NCBI GenBank assembly: GCA_964016885.1
Contig: OZ024740.1
Location: forward strand, 160,952,001 to 161,016,000
Source of the DNA: Eledone cirrhosa
Lineage: Eukaryota
Direction of reading: 5' to 3'
Length of the DNA: 64,000 nucleotides
This document shows, in pieces, positions 12,901 to 23,681 of this stretch; positions within the stretch are counted from its first letter, which is position 1; every line of letters starts with the position of its first letter. The notes under the pieces are model-generated. The model did no database searches. It was not told the DNA's origin and worked only from the letters and a program-made list of their open reading frames with translations. The position numbers and the translations under genes are program-made.

Positions 12901-14435
12901 GTCTGTGGGTGGACTTTGGCTTTCTGGCAGGCAATGCAGCTCCTGGACAAGTCGCGCACGTCCTTGTTAATGTTAGTCCACACAAAACGAGCAGAGATGG
13001 GTTTCTGTGTAGCCCGGATTCCTGGGTGAGACAAGCAGTGTAAAGCAGAAAAAACTTGTCGACGATGCATCTGTGGTACGTACGGTCGTTCATGACCGGT
13101 AGAAAAGTCGCACCAAATGGGAACTTGCTGAAACTTGAGGGATGGCGAATCTCGGATCTTGATAAACTCTTCGTCAGTCTCTTGGTCAGCTGCGATCTGT
13201 TGAAGGTCGATGCCTGAATGCACATGTATTGCGTTCAGCTGGATTCGGGACAGGGCGTCGGCTGCTACGTTGTCTGATCCATTGATATGCCGAATATCAG
13301 TTGAATATTGGGAGACAAAATCGAGGTGTCGGAGTTCTCTCTGTGAATGTCGATCAGGTTTGGTACGGAACGCATAAACTAATGGTTTATGGTCCGTGTA
13401 GATCATGAAATCTGATCTTTCGAGCATGTGCCGAAAATGCTTAACCGAAAGATAGGTTGCCAAGAGTTCGCGGCCAAAGGTACTGTGTTTCGTTTCTGCC
13501 GGTTGCAACCGCTTAGAAAAGAAGGATAAGGGTTGCCACACGCCGTCGACATGTTGTTGTAGAACGCTTCCAACTCCCGTGTCTGATGTGTCCACTAGCA
13601 GCGAAAGAGGAGCGCCAGACCTGGGGAAAACGAGCATGGAAGCGTTTGCAAACATTTCCTTCAGGCGGTTAAAAGATGTTAATTCTTCCTCGTTTAGAGT
13701 AATCTCTTCGTTTTTGCGAGTCCGGTTACGAAGAAACTCCGTGAGGAGTCTGGCTGCGTCGGAACAATGAGGGATGAACCGCCTATAAAAATTCACCAGA
13801 CCGAGGAATTCATGCAGTTTCCGAAGTGATGTAGGTGCGGGAAAACTGCGGATAGCTTCTACTTTCTCGGGAAGTGGACGAATGCCATCTTTATCGATGG
13901 TGTGCCCGAAGAAGGACAGTGAAGGAACGCTGAGAAGGCATTTGCTGGGGTTGATTATGATACAGTACTCAGCCAAACGTTGGAAAAGGAGATCTAAGTG
14001 CTTCTTGTGCTCTTGCTCGGAAGTACTTGCTACCAGCACGTCGTCAATATACGCGTATACGAAGGGTAGATCGCGTAACACGGTGTCAATAAACCGCTGA
14101 AAGGTTTGTGCAGCGTTGCGCAGACCGAACGGCATTCGCAGGAATTAGAATAAACCGAACGGTGTTGTGATTGCGGTCTTCGGAATGTCTGCAGGCTCCA
14201 TAGGTATCTGGTTATATGCACGCACCAAATCTACATTGGAAAAGAAGCGTGCGCCTTGCAGAGAGGCAAAAAAATCGTGCAGGTGAGGTACAGGGTAATT
14301 ATCGGGTACTGTAGAATTGTTAAGTGCACGATAATCCACACATGGTCGCCAATCATTCTCGTTTTTTTTAGGAACAAGGTGTAGGGGTGCAGACCAGTTG
14401 CTGGAGGAAGGGCGAATGATTCCGAGGTCCAGCAT
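12864..14435 (-). pseudogene. Gypsy RT-RNase H-integrase zinc finger, interrupted by a stop at 14145-14147
   Basis: [61 protein letters not shown]-x3-HPG...CIACQ. Confidence 0.94.
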
Positions 14436-14439
14436 GTGT

Positions 14440-15316
14440 TGGAACTCCTGCTTGGCGTTCTCAATCGGTCTTGAGGCAGTCTCTTTGGTCGGGAAGCTGT
14501 GGGTGGTCCTCTTGTCTCGATGTGGTGCGTGACACTGTGCTTAATAGGACCATCCTTAAATACCGGGCGAGTGATGTCTGGGTATTTCTGGAGAATGCCG
14601 TTGTACCGCGAAGGCTCTGACTGGCAAATTACAGGGCTCACTGTGGATTGCGTGGTAAATATACCTCTCACAGTGAGGTTTGTGGTGGTGGCAATAAGCC
14701 TCCGGTTCTTCATATCCACCAGAAGGTTGAAGTGGTGGAGGAAATCGGCTCCTAGGGTAGGGGTCGGCAGGTCTGCCACGACGAACACCCATTGAAAACG
14801 CCGCCTCAGGCCTAAATTGAGGGTCAGGGATTTTTCCCCGAAAGTCAGAATTGACGATCGGTTCACTGCCTGCAGAAAGGACGGTGTTGGGTGTCTTTTG
14901 CCCGAGATTAGTGAAACAGGAATAACACTAACCTGGGCTCCTGTATTCATGAGGTAACGGATGCCTGTCGCCTGGCCGTTAATAAAATATAGACGACTTT
15001 TCTTTTCAGTACCAGGGGTGAACGTCGTCGCTAGGCCCTGGGTGGCATTCCGGAAAGAGCAAGGGGCTTTGCACTTAGATGTCTGTGCGCCGAAATTTGT
15101 GTGATACCAGCAGAGGTTGCCAGGCACACGATTTTGACTGGGACTACTGGATCTTTGAATGTGAAAAGGCCTGGATCGACTGTTGCTGCGTCGCCGGTGT
15201 ATTTGAAAGGTCAAGTTCTCTACTTGATTCGAGAGGGCTTTAATCTGACCAGCCCGCTCACTGATCATAGCCCGCAGCTCTGAAATCTCGGCCTCTGTCG
15301 TTGGTGACATGTCCAT
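14440..15316 (-). pseudogene. Gag C-terminus (CHCC knuckle) and aspartic protease with D>N in the catalytic motif
   Basis: LCWYHTNFGAQTSKCKAPC, YLMNTGAQVSVIP (DTG>NTG), PTLGADFL. Confidence 0.88.
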
Positions 15317-15356
15317 GTTGATATTTTCTTAGGTGCTGTCTGGTTGCGCGTTCGAC

Positions 15357-15373
15357 TCACGTTCGGGTCACCA
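15357..15373 (-). promoter_or_regulatory. Primer binding site, tRNA-Trp-like
   Basis: TGGTGACCCGAACGTGA lies 2 nt after the LTR end ...TCGCTACA and resembles the tRNA-Trp PBS TGGTGACCCCGACGTGA. Confidence 0.8.
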
Positions 15374-15375
15374 AT

Positions 15376-15525
15376 TGTAGCGATGTGGTTAGTCAGTCTA
15401 GTCACTACTTCTGATCAGATCCGAGAATAGCCCTTAGAAGGACTGTTATCGCATACGCTCTGATCAGATCTGAAGATAGCCCTTAAAAGGACTGTTGTCG
15501 CATATAGCCCTTAAAAGAACTGTTG
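15376..15525 (-). repeat. Truncated 5' LTR (U5-side ~150 bp only), running into (TA)n
   Basis: Matches 10572-10701, then abruptly becomes microsatellite. Confidence 0.85.
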
Positions 15526-15545
15526 TATGTATATATATATATATG

Positions 15546-15584
<39 letters not shown>

Positions 15585-15589
15585 GTATG

Positions 15590-15674
<85 letters not shown>

Positions 15675-15701
15675 GTATATATATATATGTATATATATAT
15701 G

Positions 15702-15766
<65 letters not shown>

Positions 15767-15840
15767 GTATATATATATATGTATACATATATATGTACAT
15801 ATATATGTATATATATATATGTATATATATATATATGTAT
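15526..15840. repeat. (TA)n/(TATG)n microsatellite
   Basis: Directly visible. Confidence 0.95.
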
Positions 15841-15977
15841 TAGAAAGTGAGGGTTTTTTTTACAAAATGAAAAATAACCGAGGTGTCCTACACGAGTGAA
15901 AGTATAAAGAAAAAGAGATGAAATCGAAAATGCAACTGGAGTCTTATTTTTAAAAAAAATATATATATTATTTGGTT

Positions 15978-16015
15978 CCTTTACCGGTTTCGCAGTTCTT
16001 CTGCTTTTCAAAAGG
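15978..16015 (-). ncRNA. Minimal type I hammerhead motif with a U3-A8 core variant, in a probable orphan PLE 3' end (~15842-16280)
   Basis: CCTT-TTGAAAA-GCAG-AAGAA-CTGC-GAAA-CCGG-TA/AAGG. All stems are perfect, stem III is palindromic, triplet GUA. Confidence 0.8.
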
Positions 16016-16819
16016 TGAGTTGAGATGGAGGGTCTGTGGTTTTTCTCACATCTCTCATATATGTATATATATATGTGGAATAGAATGGAACGAAATTTCA
16101 TTTCTCACTCTTAGTACGGCATTTACTTAAATGTAAGTATGTATGTATCCTGTATCCTGTGTCAGTGTTGAACAAAAAGGTGACGTGGTTGCCTAAACAC
16201 TGTACGGCGTAATTCGGGCTGTTTGTTTGTTTACAAACAAACACACCGAGCATTATAATAAATGTTCGGTAAACCGATACGTGCATATATATATGTGTGC
16301 ATGTATGTATATATATACATACTAGTGTACGTCTGTATACATATATGTATGTACGTATACATACATACTTATATATATATATATATGTATAAATATATAT
16401 ATATATTTATTTATATATATGTATATATATATATATGTATATATATATGTGTATATATATATACTTATATATATGCATATATGTATATATATATATATAT
16501 ATATACTTATATATATACATACATATATATGTGTATATATATATGTGTGTGTGTGTGTGTGTTTTATTGATAGAATTGAAGGTATAATCCTTATAGTGAC
16601 TGGCTATTTTTATCTCAATAGAGAATAATGGAGCAATCAAATGATTTTCTGTTGAGATTAAATCAGTAAATCACTGCAAGAAATTACACCTTCAATTCTC
16701 TCAATGGGAAAATAAATATTTTACATATATATTCAGTTTTTCTTCTACGAATAACATATCCTCGTAGATATTGAGTCATCCTCCATCAGATTTGACGATG
16801 ATTGTTCTAATGATCAATT

Positions 16820-17125
16820 AACAAAACAGCTTGCTCATGAAATTAACATGTAAGTGTCTGAGCATTACACAGATACTTGTGTCCATAACACTATTTTGAG
16901 GGAGATTCAGCATAATACAGTGTGTAACAAGGTTGGTCCATTGAATTACAGGTATAGTCCATCTGATGAGCTTCCAAACAATTTCGTCTACCCAGATTCC
17001 CTCTCTAGGCATAAGTATATCCAAGGCTATGGTGAAATGACACTTACCCAAGATGCCATGCAGTGAGCATGAACCCAGGACATCATGGTTTCCAATTGAA
17101 CTTCTTAACCATTCTGCCATGCTGT
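16820..17125 (-). mobile_element. Degenerate tRNA-SINE
   Basis: The minus strand has TGGCAGAATGGTTAAG (A box), GGTTCATGCTC (B-like) and TCTTGGGTAAGTGTC. Confidence 0.6.
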
Positions 17126-17804
17126 AACCACATTCCTTACTATATATATATGTGTGTGCATATTAACACTCACTTTCTCGATCAATCTTTCTTTCAACCT
17201 TTGTCCATTTCTCTCTTTGCATCTCACTTAGTAATTAGGACAGAAACATTATTTTGGGTACCGTTCTCCATGGTTGAGACTATTTCTAATATTAGAATAT
17301 TAATTGACAACTAACTTTTCAAGCAAAACTCAGACTTCCAATTTTACGACCCCTATCCCACACACACCCAACTTTGGTCAATGCTACACTTCAATAAATT
17401 CACTAACTATAAACATGACATTGAAAATGCAGTAACAACAACTACAAGAACAAAACCCTTAACCAATGAAGTAGTGAAATAAAGTATTAATATGGAAATA
17501 GCTAATAATAATATTTTAACACAGAATAATTATAAATAACTTTCTAAACAAGCAGCAGAAAATGGTAATGAGTAAGTTTAAAAAAAAAGAACATTGAAAA
17601 ACATTAAAGGTAGGACTAGCTATTACTATGAAGAATTATCAAAGAAGTCTGTTAATACTTTCATTTGTATTAATTATGATGATTTAATTATGCAAAAGAA
17701 TTTGTATATTGCTATATATATCAGACATAAAAGGGAAGATTTACTAATAATTACTCCAAAGGAATTTGATAGTAGACAGTACATTTACACACACATGTAT
17801 GAAT

Positions 17805-17857
<53 letters not shown>

Positions 17858-17874
17858 TACATATATATATACAT

Positions 17875-17907
<33 letters not shown>

Positions 17908-17948
17908 CATACATACATACATACATATATATATATATATATGTGTGT

Positions 17949-18336
17949 GAAGGCGCATAGCTTAGTGGTTAGAGCATTGGGCTTGCAATCGAAAGGTTGT
18001 GAGTTCAATTCTCGGACTGGGTGATGTGTTGTTTCTTTGAGCAAGACACTTTATTTCATATTGCTCCAGTTTACTCAGTTGTAGAAATGGGATGATAGGA
18101 CTGGGGTCCCTATCATTCCACTGCAAAATGGACGTGTAGGCGCCACGGAAAAAAAGCACCTAGCACTCACTGTAAATGAGGTTGGTGTTAGGAAGGGCAT
18201 CCAGCTGTAGAAATCAAGCTAGAATCAGTTCCCGTATGAGCAAGACAATGTTAGCCGACCGGACAATGCCCACAACAAGACAACCCATCTAATCCATGCT
18301 AGTGTGGAACAACGGACGTAAAACGGTGATGATGAT
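17949..18336 (+). mobile_element. Full-length tRNA-SINE family A with an RTE-derived 3' part and (GAT)n tail
   Basis: A box TAGCTTAGTGG and B box GTTCAATTC. The body matches 23682-24010. The 3' ~210 bp matches the RTE UTR at 9175-9400. Confidence 0.9.
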
Positions 18337-18351
18337 ATATATATATATATA

Positions 18352-18721
18352 TAGAAAAAAGTATGACCCCGATGGCAGAGCTCAAGCCGTTTCGACGACT
18401 ATTTCTGGACTAAATTAGAAATTTTAGCCTGGTGAATAAATAGCCGAACTTTTCAAGGGGGTACTTCTTTATACGGGAAGATTGTAGTTGTCAAGAGGAT
18501 TGGTTAAAATTTGTTGTAAACACAAATAAGTCTATCATGGCATTTGGTGAGAAGTAGGGGTGGCTGAAATTGCCTGTAGAACAATAGGGGAATGAGTGGA
18601 GCGGTCAAGCGTTGAAAGTGATATGTATACATCAGATTCTAAGGATAGTGTATGAAGTGGGGGAGGGAGGTTATAGAATAGGTAAATCGAAAGAGAGTAG
18701 GAGACAATAAAAGATACTAGA

Positions 18722-18761
<40 letters not shown>

Positions 18762-20288
18762 GATAGTGAGAAATGAATAAAGAAATCACAATGCTATCTT
18801 ACATTTACAGGTTAATAAGTTGAGAATAGAAAAAACTTATAGAAATTACAAAACAGATACAAACTTAAAGGGTTTTTTTACACATCTGCTATAAATAGTT
18901 AGTAAAACGTATTCGGCTAATTCTATCTTAAAATAACAGGGGTGGGGGAACTGATGCTACAAGGCCCGATGGGCTGCATCGGGGTAGGCGAAAGGGGAAA
19001 GCAGACGAGGAAGAAAATAGAGGGTCGAAGGAAGTGATAGGATGAGACAGAGGGAAGGAGACCAAGGGGAAAAGAAAAGATACATTTACCTATGTAAGCT
19101 GGGGTTTCCCCTAGCTTATTCGGCAAGTATGTGTGGGGGTGGGTATCAGCCTTTGTCTACCCACCGGGGTCGTTATAGGGTTTGAAGGCGAGGTAAGTCC
19201 TACGCAATCTGTGTTTGCATGCGGTTACCAGTTCATCTTTCTTGTTTAGGAGTTGGTCCTTCGGAAACAGCATTTGTAATGTTTCCTCCGAGCATAAGTT
19301 ACACGGACAGCGTCCTCCCGTGTAAGAGTTAGCTCTGGACAGTAAGCTCCAAGTGAGATTGTAGGTTATATTGTTATCTTGGAGGTCCCAGATGTGGCCC
19401 GAAAGTGTAGTGGCATGTCGCCGAACCGGGTTTCGGAAAGTGTGTCGGTGTTGGTAGAGCCGAGTCTTGAAGTCACACGCAGTTAATCCTATATAAGCTT
19501 TGTTGGAGGTGTCCGTCCTCACGTTGCACTGGTAGATCACATTACATTCTCGGCATTTGTTGTTGAGGGGGCACGTGGATCTATCAGGGTAGTTACACAC
19601 TTTCGGGCCCATCGGGCCTTGTAGCATCAGTTCCCCCGCCCCTGTTATTTTAAGATAGAATTGGCCGAATACGTTTTACTAACTACTTATAGCAGATGTG
19701 TAAAAAAAACCTTTAAGTTTGTATCTGTTTTGTAATTTCTATAAGTTTTTTTCTATTCTCAACTTATTAACCTGTAATTGTAAGATAGCGTTGTGATTTC
19801 TTTATTCATTTCTCACTATCTAATTTTATATATATATATATTTATTTATTTCTAGTATCTTTTATTGTCTCCTACTCTCTTTCGATTTACCTATTCTATA
19901 ACCTTCCTCCCCCACTTCATACACTATCCTTATAATCTGATGTATACATATCACTTTCAACGCTTGACCGCTCCACTCACGCCCCTATTGTTCTACAGGC
20001 AATTTCAGCCACCCCTACTTCCCACCAAATGCCATGAAAGACTTAGTTGTGTTTACAACAAATTTTAACCAATCCTCTTGACAACTACAATCTTACCATA
20101 TAAAGAAGTACTCCCTTGAAAAGTTCGGCTATTTATTGACCAGACTAAAAATTCTAATTTAGTCCAGAAATAGCCGTCGAAACGGCTTGAGCTCTGCCAT
20201 CGGGGTCATACTTATTCCTATTTCCCACTCTACTACTCTAAGTTTGAGTACTCTGGTGTGTTATGGTCCATTTGGTTCCTTACCACAA
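18352..20288 (-). mobile_element. Palindromic PLE: ~620-bp inverted arms (18352-18974 / 19607-20220) around a GIY-YIG fragment
   Basis: The arms are reverse complements. The right arm extends ~70 bp further. (TA)n flanks both sides. Each arm has a degenerate hammerhead-like motif TTGAAAA-long stem II-GAAAC (18378-18452 on -, 20110-20192 on +). Confidence 0.9.
19157..19606 (-). pseudogene. PLE GIY-YIG endonuclease domain (C-terminal fragment)
   Basis: CPLNNKC...NVIYQC...YIGLTACDFKTRLYQH...CNLCSEE...LLNKKDE. Same subtype as 7250-7698. Confidence 0.92.
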
Positions 20289-20310
20289 TCCCTTTGTTAT
20301 ATATATATAT

Positions 20311-21365
20311 ATATTGTTATACTTGGGGAGGGTCATATTTTTGTAATATTGCCAGAATTAATAACAGAACACAATCACTGTTTGGTTGGTTTTCGCTTTT
20401 CGCTTCTGTGTCTTCTATATCGGTAATCAAATTTATTCGGTCCTCAATGTTGCCATTCACTGACCAACGGTCAAAAATAATACAGATACAATATAGACAC
20501 AAACACTTATATATAGTTTATCATAAATCTTTCGTTGCACATCTGCAACATCGTCAGTGGTGCTATAGATTCCTCCCGTTGCATTGTATTTCTACGCCAT
20601 CTTTATTTAGTCTGATTATATATTTATTTATTTGTTTGTTTGTTTATTTTATTTTGTCTTCTTTGCGCATTCGTTTGCGTGTGTGTATAGTGTTTTGTTT
20701 GATGTGTGTTCGTGATTGGGTGACTGTGTATTGGTTAATGTGTTCTATGTTTACTAGTGTGTGTTTATATGTGTTTGTTGTTATTGTGCTTGTGTATGTA
20801 TTTATTTATTTATTTATTTATCTATTTATTTATTTATTTATTTATTTATACTTCTCTTAGGTCAGTGTTGTTTGTTTGGGTGTTGTTGTTATTCCATTCA
20901 TTCTTTCTGTTTAGTCTTGTCCTTCTAAGTTCTATTTCACTGGCCTCTCTGATTTGCCTATCTGCTGGGTCATTTCTATGTTTAGATATTATTCTAATTT
21001 CTATGTTGTCTATGTTACCGTCGTGTTGTTGTCTGGCATGTTCGTATAGTACTGACCCGTTTTTTCGTCCTTTTAGTTCCCCCCAGTGTTGGTCTATCCT
21101 TTCACCTATGCTACGAGCTGTTTCGCCTATGTATGTTGTTGTCATGTTTCTGCAAGTGCCCTCTGTACATCTTATGCTATAGACTACGTTTCTAGTTTTA
21201 CAGTTTATCCGGGAGTTTACCTTACATATGATACATTTCCTATTAGTACAGTGGGTTTTCTTAAAAGTGTAGGTTTTGCTAATCAGGGATTTTATGGTGG
21301 TTCCTGGCTTTTTTACCACCTTAATCTTTAAGTGGGTCTTTCTCAGGGCCTTTCTACACTGGTTA
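20311..21365 (-). mobile_element. PLE 3' fragment: GIY-YIG and 3' UTR with a hammerhead; same family as 9625-10555
   Basis: ORF 20846..21406: CKTRNVVYSIRC...YIGETARSIGERIDQH...LNRKNEW. It shares the terminal motif ATATTGTTATACTT(T/G)GGGAGGGTCAT with 9681-9706. Confidence 0.9.
20520..20561 (-). ncRNA. Minimal type I hammerhead motif
   Basis: ACCA-CTGACGA-TGTTGCAGATGTGCAAC-GAAA-GATT-TA/TGAT. Confidence 0.7.
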
Positions 21366-21647
21366 GCTAATTTACCCTCCAGGGGTAGCATCCACAAACA
21401 TGACACTCTGGTATCTCTGGTTGTCGTACCATGAGGTGGCTTTCCCTATCTTATGTCTAGCCCTATCTAAGCTATTCCAGGATTTGCTCCGTCAGCTAGA
21501 TCCGAACTAAGCCACCAGCTGACAAAATGGGCGGAGCTCAGCCATCAGGGTCATAACTCTTTTCCTATTACCTACATATGTATACAAACATACATACATA
21601 TAAGAAGTGTAAGTCAACAGGGTAAAATTAGCTTTGTTTATTCATAT

Positions 21648-21710
21648 TTGCTGCTATATATATTTCAGTGATAGCCATTATTCAACAGCTATGACCTCAT
21701 CAGGCAGTAA
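21648..21710 (-). ncRNA. Type I hammerhead ribozyme motif with canonical core
   Basis: TTACTGC-CTGATGA-GGTCATAGCTGTTGAATAATGGCTATCACT-GAAA-TATATA-TA/GCAGCAA. Confidence 0.85.
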
Positions 21711-21885
21711 GAACTTGAACAGAAAAAAAAACAGGAAAACATAATGTGGTAATAGATTTTACCCTGTTAATTCATTGATATGTTCTGATCCAGAGTGTGG
21801 TGTTAGTCCTCTAAGGAACTTTTAGTTCCTTAGAGGACTAACACTATTACAACATTATGTTTTCCTGTTTTTTCTGTTAAAGTTC

Positions 21886-21948
21886 TTACTGCCTGGTGAG
21901 GTCATAGCTGTTGAATAATGGCTATCACTGAAATATATATAGCAGCGA
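21886..21948 (+). ncRNA. Hammerhead motif, mirror copy with an A6G core mutation (CTGGTGA)
   Basis: Same stems as 21648-21710; the core substitution is likely inactivating. Confidence 0.7.
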
Positions 21949-22104
21949 ATATGAATAAATGAAGCTAATTTTACCCTGTTGACTTACACTTCTTGTTTTT
22001 ACATTACTCTGGTGTAAACAGACCAACCTGCGCATCTCGTTGAGTGCTTCAGCTTGCATACTGAGGTGTCAGCAAACAACCAACATATAATTAGATTGTA
22101 TATA

Positions 22105-22322
22105 TCATCATCATCATCGTCATCATCGTTTAACGACTATCTTCCACGCTAGCATGGGTTAGATGGGAATTGTCCCATTTGAGGTAAGATTGGTCGGTTG
22201 ACCGTGTCTCCCTCATATAGGACTGTCTGGCAGGTTTTGTACGGTTGGATGCCCTTCCTAACACCAACCACATTTACAATGTTGACTGGGAGCTTTTTAT
22301 CGTGTTATCTACACGACCATAT
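22105..22322 (-). mobile_element. RTE/SINE 3' UTR fragment with a (GAT)n tail
   Basis: (CAT)n, then GTTTAACG...CCACGCTAGCATGGGTT...GGATGCCCTTCCTAACACCAACC. Confidence 0.8.
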
Positions 22323-22335
22323 TACACACACACAC

Positions 22336-22372
<37 letters not shown>

Positions 22373-22384
22373 GTTATATAGTTG

Positions 22385-22690
22385 TTTTCATGCTTCAGTG
22401 GATATGTAATAGTAATGTGAAGGAAAAACAAAGCATCAATGAAGTGTCAGAGGAACTAAAAATAAGATTGGTAGCATTCAGTGTACAGGAGGGGAGTTTG
22501 TGATGATATAGACATATGATGTATATGGACGATGAGAGCTGCATAAAAAGACACAAGGCTCTCAATATCCATGTAAACTATGCAAGAGGAAGACCCAGGG
22601 AAGCTGTGGATGAAATGATAAAAGCTGACCTTGCCCAATTAAACCTCTCAAAGATGATGATACAGGATTGAGATCTCTGGTGTTATGACT
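22385..22690 (+). mobile_element. Degenerate RTE RT C-terminal fragment
   Basis: MLQWICNSNVKEKQSINE...; homologous to 61252..61690. Confidence 0.7.
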
Positions 22691-22923
22691 GCTTTCTTAT
22701 AATGAGTGAGTATTTTTATTGGAAGCTGATACTCTCTGGTGGTCACAACTCTTGGCAGAAAGAGATGAGATTTGAACTCAGAAAACTCAAATACATTTCA
22801 GGTATTGCAAAACATCCCATCTGACTTTTAACAGTTCCACCAATCCACTTGACTGGTACTTTATTTAGCAATCCTGAAAGGATGAAAGGTAAAGTTGAAC
22901 TCAGTAGGAATAAATTCACAGTG

Positions 22924-23181
22924 TAGTGAGCTGGATCCAATACCAAGGCAATTAATCTATTCCCCTAACAACTCTGGTAATTCACTTCACTAGGCCCCAC
23001 CAAATAGAAACTGCCCTGGGCCCCCAAATCGGAACCGCAGTGAGCTGGATCAAATACCAAGGCAATTGATCAATTCCCCTAACAACTCTGCTAATTTGCT
23101 GGGCCCCCCAAATCGAAACTGCCCTGGGCCCCCTAAATCGGAACTGCTTTGCCCCTCACCCCAATGTCTAATATGGCCCTG
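22924..23181. repeat. Short tandem/direct repeats (GGGCCCCCAAATCG units; duplicated AGTGAGCTGGATC...AACAACTCTG), possibly a hAT-type MITE remnant
   Basis: The repeats are directly visible. The region ends in GGCCCTG (CAGGGCC terminus on the minus strand). Confidence 0.45.
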
Positions 23182-23681
23182 CCTAAAATAGTATAGAAAA
23201 GGAATAGTGGAACATATCTTACAATGCCGCTTGACACCCAGTATGTGGCACACTGTACCTAGCCTTATCATTATTCTATGCATATATACCGATTAGATGC
23301 AATTGAGAAAATACTGAATCATACTAGACATAGCACTCACACACCCTGGTTTAATCTAGACATAACACTAGTGAAGATATAACATGTATTATCACACTGA
23401 AGCTAACAATAATAATTAACATCTGTATCGAGACTACATGATAGAAAAGACTGTGTAACGTGCTTTAAAATATTAAATCAAACTACATAAACAGCCTAAA
23501 CTAATCGAGACATTTACCAACTAAAGTATTACTGGCATTCCCCTTTTCTCACTCTATAATTTAAATTCCTGTTTGTATACATTCCTATTTTTTATTTTCT
23601 ATTCCTTTACTCAAATTTATTATTTATGTCTTTTCACTCTTTCAGATTCCTATATGTATGTATGTATGTGTATATATATAT

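Larger units (their letters stand above)
10572..15525 (-). mobile_element. Ty3/Gypsy LTR retrotransposon, CsRn1-like and defective
   Basis: Domain order gag (CWYH-x2-FG-x5-C-x2-PC), PR, RT, RH, IN. Matching LTR sequence starts TGTAGCGA at 10572 and 15376. A tRNA-Trp-like PBS is present. Confidence 0.95.
21602..22090. mobile_element. Non-coding palindromic mini-element: ~150-bp hammerhead-bearing arms (21602-21755 / 21844-21994), a central perfect 21-bp hairpin and a ~95-bp one-sided extension
   Basis: The arms are reverse complements. The centre reads GTGTTAGTCCTCTAAGGAACT-TTT-AGTTCCTTAGAGGACTAACAC (21800-21844). No ORF. Confidence 0.85.

Noticed and set aside
16566-16706. Short imperfect inverted repeat (~28 bp)
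   Set aside because: Too short and AT-rich to assign to any element.
17949-18020. tRNA gene (also at 23682 and 4650-4724)
   Set aside because: The A/B boxes continue into a SINE body and LINE-derived tail, and there is no intact cloverleaf acceptor stem.
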